From Vitrella brassicaformis CCMP3155 (taxonomy: Eukaryota; Protista; Chromerida): a stretch of DNA of 64,000 bases. Every line of letters starts with the position of its first letter. Position 1 is the first letter of the stretch. The DNA lies in NCBI GenBank assembly GCA_001179505.1, contig CDMY01000193.1, forward strand, positions 1 to 64,000, read 5' to 3'. The notes beneath the pieces were generated by a model. It saw nothing but the letters and a program-made list of their open reading frames with translations, made no database searches and had not been told where the DNA came from. Below are positions 49,429 through 62,655 of this stretch, one piece after another. A program made the translations under genes and the position numbers.

Positions 49429-49565
49429 CTGAAGCTCTTCCCCCTCTCTTCGGCAGCTCTCTTCCCTTGCGAGCCTGAAATTGTTGCCAGCTCACGCTGG
49501 CAAGGGGAGAGAAAAGCGCAAGCGGGAGTCTTCTCCACCTTGGTGGGGACGAGAGCGAAGATCTG

Positions 49566-52482
49566 ATGAGTTCATTCACTCCATCCTCAGCTGTGATGCA
49601 GTTCGCCCTTCAGTCCTTCACGCCGCCGCCAGCCGCCGACCTCGACTGCCTCGTGGAGCGCTTCGAACGCTTGAAGACGATACGGCATCCCTTCTTAGCG
49701 GCATACGTCGCAATTGTCGTGGAGCGCGGCCGCCGCCTACTCATCGTGTCTGAGAGATGGACCCACACAATCATCAGTGGCAAAGGAGCCGGCGTGGATG
49801 CGGAAAGGGCACGGCAGTGGATTGGTCAGCTGGCGGATGCGCTGGAGTTCCTCAACCGAGAAGGAATCGCCCACGGGCATCTGCGGCCAGAATGCGTCTT
49901 CATCGACAGCAAGGGCAATGTGAGGCTCGGCGACTACGGCCTCTCCTTCCTCTTCCCCTCCCTGCCGGCCATCCCGGCCCCTCCCCACCTCGCCCCCGAG
50001 AGGTCTCTCACCCACCCGTCGGCCGGCCCCTGCAGCCAGACCGACGTCTGGGCCGTCGGCGTCCTGCTGATGGAGCTCGTCTGTGGACGGTGGCAGCCCC
50101 CCGCAACACCCCTCCCCCCTCACGTCGTGTCGGCCATATCGCTGCACGTCCTTCAGAGACTCGCCAGCATCGCTTTTGCCGTCCACGCCAAGAGCAGCAG
50201 CAAGGCGGCGGCACAAGGCAGGAGCAGACATACAGGGGGCAGCCGGCTCACCGCGACAACCACAGGGTCATCGTCAGCATCCGATGACACGATGATGGAG
50301 GGCCTGTCGGTGGTGTCCCTGCCGTCATCCCAGGGCCGGAGTCGGTCACTGGGGTCGCCTCGGGGCGAGTCGATGTCGCCGGTGAAGGCCTATGCGAGAG
50401 GGAAGGTAGGGGCGTTTGAGGGGGAAGTCATGCCAGCGATCGGTGACCTCCTGCCAGAAGGTGTGACGGCAGCGGATGTGCGTGCGGTGGAGCGGAGCTT
50501 GCTCGTCTGGCTGGCCGGCAGGGACGATGGACACACGGGGGACGAATCGGGTGGCAGTGGTGGAATGGGAGGTGGTGGTTCAAGTGTGGAGTCACTTCCG
50601 CTGCATCCGGCGCTGGCTGATGGGTCAAGCAACCTGCGGCATTTCCTGTCATGCTGCCTCTGCCTTCACCCACTCCACCGCCCAGCACCCCGCGACCTCA
50701 CGTAAGACCACCGACACACACCGAGGTTGCATTGCATTCATCGCCGACACTCGTGGATGGCACTGCACTGTGTGCTGTGCAGTTCCCACGGCTTTCTCAC
50801 AAGTCCGTCGTATCCCCTGCCCAAGTGGGTGCCGGCCCCCCGCCCCCTCAGCGCTCGGCTGGCCCCTCTGAAAGTCGATGACGTGCTCAGCGGCAGAGCG
50901 GCAGACGACCTGACAGAAGATACGCAGGAGGAGGAGACGGACATCTCGTCGCTGTACTACTGGTGGCGGCTGGCTGGGGGCGACCTGTCCGATGCACTGC
51001 AGGACGTCCACGCCGTCCACCCCGCCCCGCCACTCTTCACCCTCCCTCTAGTCGAGAAATGCACCGTAGACAGCCAGTGCTACGAGGCGACTCCCTTCGT
51101 CCCGCGCGCCATCGACATGGCACACATGGCCCCCGCCACTGTGTGCCATGAGGGTGGGAGGGATGACGGGAGTGCTGGTGGTGCCGGTGGTGCTGGCGAC
51201 GTGTTTGGTGTGTGGCGTGCCGGTGTGTGTGGGCGGCTGAGGGGCCGGCTGGGGGAGGGGTGGACAAACTCGGGGTGGAAGGCAAACAGGACTGAGGCCA
51301 TCGGTGAGCGATCGCTCTGAAATGGAAAGAGCTGCGTCTGTGTGTGCCGCTTTGTGTGTGCATTCATTGCGCGTATGTGCTTGCCTTGCCTAGGGGTAGA
51401 TTTGAGTGGCCTTGTGTCTGCCTTAGAGGAAGCAGACAGGTTTCCCCTGGAGCACGCAGACAAGGTGGGAGGGGGGAAATGACGCAAACAGAAAGGTCTC
51501 ATGGAATGTCTATTGTTACGAGTGCGTCTGTGCTTCACCCTGCCTGCAGGTGTGTCCCTCGCCGGCCGCGAGTCACTCCCACTTCCTCTACCAGCGACTC
51601 AGGTACACACACACACACACACACACAAACTCAGCCAAACACACACACACCCGATGCGATCCCTGCAACGTTCTCTCTCTTCAGGTACCGTTTGTTCCGC
51701 GACTTGCTGCGCCGTCTGCCACGCACGCGGCCACAGCTGATCCGCGAGGCCACACACGACATACCCACACTACTCAGACCGCAGGTCAGAGGCAGCCACC
51801 CACACGTACACCCAGACACACAAACATGCACACACACATGGATTCTTCCCTGTGGTGCATGCAGGTGTGGGCGGCTCTGTTGGGTCTGCCCCCCGGCGCG
51901 GGTTGCCAAACGGCTCTGGCGTGTGAAGAAGTGTACCTGGATCGGCTGAGCACCATGCCGCTGCCGAAGGAGCTGCCCTCGGTGGACTTCGACATAGCCA
52001 AATGCCATGGAGTGCATATGAGGGAGGGCAGCCAAAGCCATCAATCATGGGGGGCGGGGCACCTCACCTTCATTCATTCGCATGTCTGTGTGTGTGTCTG
52101 GTGCCTGTGTGTGTCCACTCACTCAGTATCGCCCCTTGTTGGCGACAGCTGAGGGTCGGTCGAGGGTGGAGCGGCTGCTCAAGGGGTGCTTCCAAGAGAG
52201 CCCACAGCTGGCCTACCTGCGGTGAGTGAGATACGGCGGGCTCCATGCATTTGTGTCCACTGTTTTGTGTTGTCTTGTGTTGGATGGCCTGCCTGCAGTG
52301 GTTTGGAGAGCGTCGCGTCGCCTCTGGTGGTGCTGTTCTACCACGAGCAGCACATCGCATTCGCATGTCTGCGGGCCATACTCAGGAACTTCCTGGAAGT
52401 GATCCAATGGATGGATGGATGCATGAGCACACCACCGTCCATAACTTCTCTCTGTGCGTCTGTCTGTCTATGCATTCTCTCG

Positions 52483-52513
<31 letters not shown>

Positions 52514-52901
52514 CAGAATTTCTTCCTGAAGGATCAGTGTGCCCATCTGCGTGGGTATCTGTACCTGTTCAACTCCCTGCTGTTCTTCCTCGACCCACAG
52601 CTGGCCCTACACCTCCAGACCATCGGTAGGTATCTATCTGCGGCATTCACACAACGCCTTCGATGCGTCCATCCATCCATCCATCTATGCATGTGGCCAA
52701 TGTGTGTGTGTGTGTGTGTGTGTGCAGGTCTGCACCCCGACCTGTACAGTCTGTCGTGGTTTCTGACTCTGTTCTCACACCTCCTGCCGCTCAAGCAACT
52801 GCTGCCCCTATGGGACACGCTGTTCGTGCAGGTGGGTCGGCCTGAATGACGATAGACAAGGCAGCACACGCACTGCACATGGACTGGACGCCTTTGAGTG
52901 C

Positions 52902-52933
<32 letters not shown>

Positions 52934-54446
52934 TTGTGTGCGTGCAGCCCCCCTCCCTCACCGTGTTCATAGCCGCCACTCTCCTGCACACACTCAGGAC
53001 ACACCTACTCGGTAGGTACACAAATGACCCATATATCCCCCCATCTGTCTGTCCATCCTCCACACTTCAATGTGTCATTCCCTTCCCGTCTGTCGTGCAG
53101 CCATCGATGACGTGTCGTGTGCTCTGTCGTTGCTGTCGTCAAGCCCCTCGCTCATCGACATCGCCGACATCGCCGCCACCGCCCTGCGGCTGCACAACTC
53201 CACACCTGTCAGCCTCTCGGTGCTCCTCACACCCAAGAAGGCACAGACCCCAAACAATGCACTGGCACCAGCACCAGCAGCAGCGACAGAGGGTGACGGA
53301 GCCCTCCTTGCGAAGAAGGAGGAGCAGGCCGCTGCGGCCCATGAAGGTGAGATACACGCGGCGATTGCTGCAGGTGTTGGATCGTCTGTGTCTGTGTGTG
53401 TCAGGTGTGTCGTTCTTCATTGGTGATGAAGAGACGTCGTCCAACTCGGCCAGTGGCAGCGACGGCGAGTCGTTCGGCTCGCCGCGCAGCCTCAGCCGGT
53501 CGCCGTCGGCTGCCGTCTCGGCAAAGACACGACCAAGGCGTGGGCGCACACAAAGAAGAAGGTGAGACAAGCAACATGGTGGCCAAGACGACCTGCGGGT
53601 GTCTGTCTGTCTGTCTGTCTGTCTGCTTTCCTGCAGTCCCTCTGATCCGGCGGACTTCTACGAAGATGAGAACACGCATAGGTCAGAGGGGACATGAACA
53701 GACGACACACCTCCCCACACACACACATTCTTCCTCCGGCGCATCTGTCGATGTGTGCAGTTCGCAGCCCGTCGAGCGGTGGTGGGAGGACGATGCCTTC
53801 GACCCGATGATGGCATCCGCTGCACCGCGGACCGTCGCCCCCTTCCGCTCGCCCACAGACCTGCCTGTGGACTTCTCGCGACCCAGCGTGGCACGGCTGT
53901 CCATCGACGACCTGGTGGATGTCGCCAACCAGCAGCAGGATGGCCACGAGGCTGATACGAAGGGCGGCAAGGGCAGGAAGGGCGGTCGGGTGATAGTGCT
54001 GGATGCGCGGCCGAAACGGATGTTTGCCAAAGGCCACTTCAACGGGTCAGTGAGTGGGATGGGTGGCTGGGGGGTGGCTGATACATACCAACACTGCCAT
54101 GACATGACATGACACGTCTGAGTGAGTTGCATTTGCGGCTTTGTTTCTCCGTCAGGTCTCACTCTGTGCCAGTGCCCCGCCATTTGCCGCTGACAGACAT
54201 CTTCCCGCCCACCTCCGACGGCCACCCACACCCCCTTCTCACGCCGCCCAACTCCCCCCCGTGGCTCAACAACAAGCAGCAGACGGAGCCCATGGTGCTG
54301 GACTTGGTGGTGATAGTGGGCGACCGGCGTGAGAGCGGTAGGGGGCTGGCAGAGCGGCTGTTCCAGTGGGGCGTGAGGCACGTCACGGCACTCACCGGCG
54401 GGATGGACGCTGTCTCGGTTGACGCGCCGCTATACGTCATCCGGTC

Positions 54447-54450
<4 letters not shown>
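49566..54450 (+). CDS. TBCK: TBC1-domain-containing kinase orthologue (pseudokinase - TBC - rhodanese)
   Basis: Degenerate kinase (HGHLRPECV, RLGDYG, DVWAVG); LYYWWRLAGGDL; NFFLKD, DPQLALHL, PDLYSLSWFLTLFSH, LWDTL; rhodanese VLDARP..FAKGHF..S and LTGGM. Confidence 0.92.
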
Positions 54451-54478
<28 letters not shown>

Positions 54479-54705
54479 CAGCAGCTGATCGATGTGTTCT
54501 TGTGATGGACATGGATGGATGGATGGATCAACACATTGCGTGGCTCATCATTGTTTAGCATTGCAATCGATGGGCCAGAGCAGACTGCGTAAAATGTATG
54601 AGTTTACGACGACCGTTGTGTACAAAACGGGGGGTGGACAAACAGCAGCAGAGATTGCGCAGCGATGCGCCTCTTGAGGTGAGGGTGAGGGCGCAGGCAG
54701 CCACC

Positions 54706-57700
54706 ATGGCTGAGTCAGATCCCCCTCACCCACAAAGCGGCGTGACGCCGTGTTGTCGACGTCTGGTGCCGCCTTGCCAGCAGAATCATGCTGCTGGTTC
54801 GCCGCCAGTCCTCCCCCAGGCGTGGGGATGGCAAAGGCGAAGGCGGAGAGGGCGGCTTTGGAGACTGTCCATCATGGTGCTTCTGATCATCATGTGGGGG
54901 GACATCGGCTGTGCGCCGCCTGCTGCCGAACAGGAGGTAGGGAAACTCGCACACAGAGCGGCTTCCGCGACGCCATCCGGCTCAAAGGATGCAGCCCACT
55001 TCGACTACATAGTGGTACAATGCGGCACAAAACGAACAGACAGACACACATCAGACGAGTCCTCTCTCTGACACACAGGTGGGTGGCGGTGCAGCTGGTA
55101 TCCCCCTGGCCTTCACGTTGGCTGAGGGCGGGAAGACTGACGTGCTGCTCATCGAGAGGGGCGGCAGGCGGGAGGACCATCCAGACACACTGACTCCCGC
55201 CGGATGGGGGGTGGCGCTGCGCAAGCCAGACGTCGCACAGCACATCCGGACACTAGATAATGTGGCTACGCATGTTTCCAATGTGCTCTCGGGCGGGACA
55301 GCATTGAATGCGGGCATCCAGATAAAGGAGCTAGCGGACTATTATCAATACCTGGAGAGGTTCGGGGCCTCGTTCGACATGCAGCTCGTCAACGAGGTGA
55401 GAGAGTGAGAGGCCCAAGAGGCATTCAACCGTCCAATCACTGTGGAGTATGCGTGTGTGTGCAGTCGTACTCCTGGATCTTTGACCAGACCTCTCAACCA
55501 ATGGGATGGAACGAGCCGTGGACCTCGGCAGTCCAGCACGCACAGGAGACTGTCGGCTTCACCCCACACCACGACGCATGCGAGCACCTCACCTACGGCA
55601 CCTTCACCACATTCTCACTCTTCGAGGATGGGTTGTCGCCCTACCGCAAGCGACTCGCTGCGGACGTGCTGCTCAACGGGACCCTCGCTGACCCGCCCGG
55701 TGTGCCCAGTGGGCTGGAGGTCATGCTGCGCAAGACCGTCACACGCATCCTCTTTGACACGAGCGGCGAGCTGCCTCGTGCCACCTGTGTGGAGTTCGTC
55801 GACTCGCCAGAGGTGCTGGAGCCCATCGACTCTTTTGCCAACGCGGGACTGTCAAAGAAAGGAGGAAACCCGAGTGGCGCGTCAAAAAGGCAAGATGGAG
55901 ACGTGGGAAGGGCGTGTATCAGGCCTGGCGGCGAGGTCTTCCTGTCAGCCGGTGCCATATTCACCCCCCACCTCCTGATGAACAGTGGCGTGGGACCCAA
56001 GGAGGTAGTCAGCAGAGTGATGGCTAACAAGGGTGGGGAGGTGGTGAAAGACATCCCCGAGTTGGGTCAGAATCTGCACGAGCGGATATGGACTGCCGTG
56101 ATGGTGTTCCTCGACCACGACATTCCTGCCGACGGGCACAACGCCACACTCGGCACCACCAGCGGCTTCCAAATCGCCGGGGCACATTGTCCCAGTGACT
56201 TTGGGTGAGTGAGTGAGTGAGAAATGCGGCACTGCCAAGCGAAATGACCTCATTGTGATTGTCTTCCTTCTTGTGTTGTGTTGTATGGCTACATACAGCA
56301 TGGGCGATGTGAGTTTGGATTGCACCTACGTCAACAGCGAGGAAGGGTCGGGCGTCAGCGCCGTAGACCTGTCCATCGTCGTACGGGTATTCTTCCCACC
56401 AGCCCTCCGCAAGGCACCGTAAGCACCACACATTAACCCACCGCATGTGTGGCGATTTGCTTGCCTGCGGGCGGCCATCCATCGATGCGTTCGTTCAGTG
56501 AGACGGACTTCCTTGTGGCAGTGATTGAGGAGTGCCTCGACAACAAAGACAGCATCCTGTGTGCACCGCTCAAACCCATGTTTGATTGCTTCAGGTGGGT
56601 GTGGACACACTCACAAAAACTGACTGCACCAACTAAGGGTGAAACGCAATGCATTGCACTGCTGCTGCTGCTGGCTGTGGCCTTTGTTTTTGATGCCTGC
56701 AGAAGGGTGGCAGGGTTCATGACCTTCCCTCCGGTGCCCAAGTCGCGGGGCAACATCACCGTCAACGAGAATGGCGAGCCCATCATCTACGGCAACTACT
56801 TCAGCGACAAGGACGGAGTCGACCTTCACTCGGCCGTCGTGGGCCTCACACACACCATACGCGTGAGTGGGGCTTCTGGGCGGAAGGCCACAACACACAC
56901 ACCATGGCATGTACCGCACCCATGCAATACTGTATGACGGTGTTTTGACTGGTGTGTTGGTGCAGATGCTGGGCACAGGCCACTTGGACGGCGTCATTCA
57001 GAAGCGAGGGCCCCTCTCGTGTCCGGCTCACATGCTCAACCAGGTGCTCGAGATGATCCTCGTCGCATCACGGCCCCTCACGGGCCTCCCCATCACCGAC
57101 GAGACCCTCCCCTCCCTGGCCGCCTTCCTGGAAGCCATCACGCAGAGAGGCTCCCGAGACAACCACCGCGTCGTAGGGACCCCCCAAGAGGTCCAGGATC
57201 TCCTATTCGCCCGCTACCTGCATCGGAAGCGGGATGCCGTCATGGGGATGCGGGCATTGTCTGAAGATGAGCTGGGGGTCGGCCGTGAGGAGGCCGCTGA
57301 GTGGCTGGGGGAGAGGTCCAGCGTCGCCAGATGGCTGAGGCAACGACTCCAGGAGGCCAAGGAGCCACCACACCCTGCCGCAGCGGTACGCAAGCGAAAC
57401 GCAGGCGGAGTAGTGATGCACGCCTCCTGTTCGTCTGCCTGCAGGAGGGTGTGCGGCTGCAAAAGGCGGCGTGCGAGTCGGACCCCCATGGCGACGTGTG
57501 TGTGAAGGGGCAGCTTGAAGCAGCACGGCAGTTTGCTGTGGTGCCTCCGCTGCCAAGAGGTCAGCCAGTCAATTGACTGCACCACAGGCAACACAGCAGA
57601 CAAGACATGTATCCGGATTGGTGTGCGTGCGTTCAGACGCGACGGATGTGAGGCAGCTGGAGGAGTTTGTCAAGGGACATGGCACAGGGATTTGGCATTG

Positions 57701-58039
57701 GGTGGGTTCGGCGTCGATGGGCACTGTGGTGGACAGTGAATTCCGTGTCAAGGGCATCGATTCCCTCTCCATATGCGACGCCTCGGTCCTACCACAGGCA
57801 CGCTGGCTACACAAAACACCTCACACCTCACACCTCACACCTCACACCTCACACAGGGCTGGCGACGTGTGAGTACACACACATGTCTCTCCTTCCTCCG
57901 TTGCCATCCATGATCGACATCAATGTCTGTCTGTCTGTCTGTCCGTCTGCAGGTGACGCGCATGAACGTGCAGGCGTGCATTCTCATGCTTGGCCGATAC
58001 GCGGGCGTGCTCCACAAAAGGAGGAACAAACAGGACTAA
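54706..58039 (+). CDS. GMC oxidoreductase (FAD-dependent), secreted or N-terminally anchored
   Basis: FDYIVV-GGGAAG, VLLIERG, LGGGT-like VLSGGTALNAG, VFLSAGAIFTPHLLMNSGVGP, LGQNLHE, IWHWVGSASMG, VVDSEFRVKGIDSLSICDASVLP; good initiation context GCCACCATGG. Confidence 0.9.
57816..57854. repeat. Intronic 7-bp tandem repeat (ACACCTC)n, about 5.5 copies
   Basis: Read directly from the sequence. Confidence 0.85.
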
Positions 58040-58707
58040 GTGATGAACACCCGTCAATATCCTTTCTAGCTGGATCAGTCAGCTATTCTTCGCCACGGAG
58101 GTCTGTCTGTATGCGTGTAAATGTGTGGGTGGTGTGTGCAGCTAGGCTAGGCGTGTGTGTGTGCACTGCAGGCCGAGGGAATACCTAACCGACTTACTTA
58201 CTTCCTGTCGTGTGCTGTGCTGCATTGATTGCATGCCATTGCCATGCACCGACATTTAGTCACTGTGTAATGCTGCGAGCGTGTGTTTGTAGTTGCTGAG
58301 GGGTGGATGAGGTGAGGCAGGCAGGCAGGCAGGAATTTTGTGTCTTCGTTCGTTGTACATGCGCGATGGGATGCCGTGAACTGGACGGATGAGTGATTTC
58401 TGTGAGTCAGTCGTAGTATTTGTCTTGTCCCCCACCACAGACTGACTGTCTAGTATACTCACTACCTTCTTTATGCCCCGCCACCAAATCAACGCATACC
58501 ATGTCTGTCTATATGCCATCCCATAACCCGTCGGTCGACACTTGATTCGCAAGCCACTGGTGCGTGTGTCGTGCTTCGGCACGGGCACACCCATACACAT
58601 CACATCGATATCTGTACATGGCCATCCCACCCGCGTCCCTCATCATCTCAGCGAACGGCCCGGCCGCCACACAAGCGTGCACGTCCACCATAGCTGCCCC
58701 AGTCGGC

Positions 58708-59981
58708 TCAGTACTCCTGCGTCCTGATGGGGAGCTTTTGTGCCTTGGCCTCTTCGAAGATCTCGGCGGCCCGGATGAGCTGCTTCTGCACCCTCTCGTC
58801 TCGAATGTCCAGAATCTCATCCTCAAAGTAACCCTGACACACACACACACAGAGAGAGAGAAGCCAGATATGTGCCCTACACCCACTGCAGGATTGACGA
58901 CCGGCTGTGTGTGTGTGTCGTCCTCTCCCTCCCTCACCTGGTCAGCCTCGTTGTCGAATATTTTCACCAGTTTGACGTCGAAGATGAACTGCCCGTCGGG
59001 CTGCATCTGGGAGAGCAGCCGCTCGTAGCGGTACCGCTGCATGAAGTTGAATGGCGCCGGCATGAACGCCCGCTCGTCGGTGGCGAAGTAAGACAGAATG
59101 GGGTTGTTGGCAGGCACTATCACGCGACGACGGCCACCAGCCTGAGACAACGAACGAAGTCAAACACGACCAGACCACATACATACATCGTGTGTGCGTC
59201 TGTATCCCTCCCTCCCTCCCTCCCTGCGTGTCTGTGTGTGTGGCGTGGATTACCCTACCCTCATGGTATGAATGGCTTCCTCCAGCCCTCTGATTGTCCT
59301 CCCATTGCCATGGTGCATCAACATTTCCCCCCTGCCATACTTGCCCTTGAGCTCCGCCTGAGAAGAAAAGTACTGCACGGGGGCGCTCTCCCTGTCGGTC
59401 TTCATGTAGCCCTCCACAAAGGCCGACACGAACTGACCCCAACGCGGCGTCGGCCCAGTGCCCTGCTCAAAGTCGCTGAAGATGACGCCTGACTTGGTGA
59501 TGAATCCGTTCTTGGGCGCAGGGGGCGGCTGCTTGCTGGGCTCGAAGGGCTTAAACACGGCGTCAAAGAACCCCTCTGGTAGAGCCTCGCTGGGCCGCGG
59601 GAAAGACAGCGCCGCACCAGCCGCCGCGACAGCAGGCATAGCGACCAGAGAGGAGAGGAAGGCTCGCCGCGGTGTGGTAGCAGACGGGACATCTGCATCA
59701 GCATCACTCAGCCGCATGCCCACCGAAGCGGATCTTGGTCGCACTTTGGTAGGGGACGGAGCAGCGTAGAGGGCAGCAGGGGGACGAAAGGCTGAGGCGA
59801 ACTCCAGCAGCGGGAGGCATAAGACCGATGCGATGAGCCATGAGGGCCTCCTGCTGATACGATGATTGGATCTCCAGTTGTGTTGAGGCTGTGCACTCTC
59901 CAGCTGTGAGGACGGCATGCCCGTGCTGTCCTGGGAGGTCCACCTCTGCTCTGTTGGACTGCTCCTGCTGTTGGTCTGCAT
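58708..59981 (-). CDS. Thylakoid-lumen FKBP-type peptidyl-prolyl isomerase (FKBP19-like); start at 59981 or 59918
   Basis: Signal peptide ending EFASA|F, transit peptide, twin-Arg PRRAFL..hydrophobic..SEA; FKBP core GTGPTP, IRGLEEAIHTMRVGGRRRVIVP, FIFDVKLVKI. Confidence 0.85.
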
Positions 59982-60058
59982 CGAGATCCCAGGTCCGTGG
60001 GCCCTCACGGCTCGAACGAACGAACGAAACCCAGCCTCCTTGGAAACCTCTTGCACTG

Positions 60059-60076
60059 AGCTCGCACCAAGCTCGC
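60059..60076 (+). promoter_or_regulatory. Candidate bidirectional-promoter element AGCTCGC-N4-AGCTCGC
   Basis: Direct repeat with 11-bp period in the spacer between the divergent FKBP and HPR genes. Confidence 0.4.
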
Positions 60077-60198
60077 GCCCAGAAGGGAGGAAGAAGGGAA
60101 GCATCGGGTGTTTGACGTGCTCGTAGGAGCTGAACGGGTCAATTCAGTCACCCGATCTGCGTTTTCACTGATTCTTTGGCTCATCTATCGGGAACAAG

Positions 60199-62655
60199 AT
60201 GTCCGGCAGAGCATCCCGCAACACGCCGCCATTAGGCAGCATCTTTCCCGCACAGCCGGCCTCGTCTGCCCACCCCACGTCATCCCAGAAGCTGCGGCCC
60301 GCGCCGCCGTCGAAGGCGAGCAAGATGTCCACTGTGCTGTTCAATCCCCAAGCCACAGCATGGCATCAGAGGCAGGCCATGTGGCGGCCGCTCGCCAAAC
60401 AAGCCACTCAGAAAGGTACGTGCGCCCCGTATGCGTGCAGAACGGAGATCACATTGATGATCCATCATTTGGTTTGCGTGAATGCAGCCACGGATTTGAC
60501 GAGCATGCCACCCCCGAGCAACATGGATGCGGATCAGCTGGGTCAGTGGGCCAACGTGGCGGCGCGGGAGGGGGTCCACAATGAGGTCTTCTGGAACATC
60601 ATGACCACCAGGGCCAAACAGGTACGCCCCTGCCCTGCCCATGTACGTCACTGATGAACGGCTGTGTTCTGGTTGTGTCCTGTCAGCTGACGTCGTCGAT
60701 GGAGAGCACTGAAATCGCCTTGTTTCTGAATGCCATAGCGCGGGTCCGTCGGACGGACAAGGAGCTGTTCCAAATGCTGGCGCCTGTCATCCGCAAGAAA
60801 ATGATCTACTTCAGCAGCATCTACCTCGCCATGGTCCTCGCGGCATACGCCAAAGCAGGTAGACCATTGATTGCCCCAGAGGAATGTGTGTGCCATGAAT
60901 GGATGGCTCTGGGTGTGGTGTGCAGGCGTATACGATGTGAGTCTGATGTCGGCGTACGTGCGTGAGATCCAGGCGCGGCTGCAGGAGTTCCAGACGCCAG
61001 TGGAGCTGTCGATGCTCATCAATGCGCTCGCCAAGCTCCATGTATACGACAAAGACCTGTTCGACAGACTCGCCGCACAGGTGGGTTGGGTACACAGATG
61101 GATGCCTCACACACGGGCCGCCGACACGCACCGTGGGTCAGTCAGTTGATGGACTGACTGACTGGTGTGTCATGTCACCTCCCTCGTCGGTCTCAGGTGC
61201 TGTTTCGCATGAAGGAGGAGTCCTTCCACATCCGAGAGCTGTCGGTCATTGCTGGCGCCTTTGCACGCGTCAACCACCTACACCCCGCACTTTTCGACGC
61301 CATCGCAGGCACGTCCATCCGACCACTCCACTAAACGACCACCTGTGTGTGTGTGTGTGTGTGTGTGTTGTGTGGGATCCACCAGAGCGTGCTCGCATCA
61401 CAATAGCCGAGGCGTATCCCTTGGAACTGGCCCGCATGATCCACGCCTATGCCAAGGTCGGCCGCAACGCCCCCGACCTGTTCGAGGTGTGCATCCACTA
61501 CGCCGCCGAGAAGCTGCTGTTCATGTCGCCGAGCGAGCTGGCCACCACGGCCTTCGCCTTCGGTCAGATCCGTGAGGTCATCAGCGAGGAGCAGCTGCCC
61601 ATCCTGCAGCTCATCTTTGACAAAGTGCGGCAGAGCTCCGTCACATCCATCGCCCTCTTCCACCCCAAGGACATCTCCAGCTTCCTCATGACCTACGCCA
61701 GGTGGCGACTGCCCTTCGAACACGGCGAGCTCATCACGGTCATCGACAGGGTGTTCGCACTCAAGGGTCGCTTCCAGCAGTGCGTGCCCGACCTGGTCTC
61801 GGTGCTCTGGTCCATCTCGCTGCTCGTGCGACACACATGGGAGGAGGGGGACAGCTCCAGCGGCGCATCGGTGGTCAGAGCCTGTCAGTATTTGCTGGTG
61901 AGCAACCTGGACGTGTTGACGGCGGCGATGGCCAAGAACCAGCTCAACATGACTGCCATTGTCAGGATCGTCGACTCTTTCGCCGCTGTCAGGTACGCCA
62001 CGCCGGCAGGCCACCCTGGAGACAGACGGCTTCATTCTCTCGTTCGCTCACTCACTGCATATATTGTCGTCGTGGTGTCAGGTCGTGCAATCGCGAGCTG
62101 CTGGATGCTGTCCACGGCAGCTTCGTTCGTCGCTATGAGGAGCTGGACCCATTCGCCGCGTCGCTGCTATTCGACAACTTCACTCTACTAGGTACCAACA
62201 CGCACACACACATTCATCCCGTCTGCATATATTGCACTCGTCGCCTTCTCTGTGGGGGTGTCTGATCAATCCACTCCCTTGGTGCAGGTTACAATCCCGA
62301 GGAGGACTTCATGCTGCTGCTGAGCGACAAGATGGCAGAGGGCAAGGACAGGGAGCCCGGCACACGACCTGCCGCACTCGACCCGACATACGGACAGGAT
62401 GAAGAAGAAGACAACGGCCGGACAAACGACGACAGAGAAGACGACGAGCCGGGACAAGACGACACAAGTGGCAACAATGACGCCGCATCGACAGCAGCAG
62501 CGGCACCCCCTTCCCCCTCCCCGCAGCCCCCCCAGCCGGCTCAGCTGAATGGACAGATGTTGCGGACTGCCGGTGAGCGGGGGCTGAGGGAGCCTGAGGA
62601 CGGGACAGTGGGTAGTGCGAGAGTGGGCCGGGTGACAGTGCACTCAAATGGATGA
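60199..62655 (+). CDS. Heptatricopeptide-repeat (HPR, 37-aa) helical-repeat protein, likely organellar RNA-binding
   Basis: About 10-11 repeats with 37-aa period, e.g. MESTEIALFLNAIARVRRTDKELFQMLAPVIRKKMIY, FSSIYLAMVLAAYAKAGVYDVSLMSAYVREIQARLQE, AYPLELARMIHAYAKVGRNAPDLFEVCIHYAAEKLLF. 3' end approximate. Confidence 0.8.

Noticed and set aside
49484-49504. TTGCCAGC-TCAC-GCTGGCAA hairpin in the M3/TBCK spacer, with a similar TTGCCAGCTTGGCAA at 61-75
   Set aside because: Only two loosely similar instances; cannot be separated from chance.
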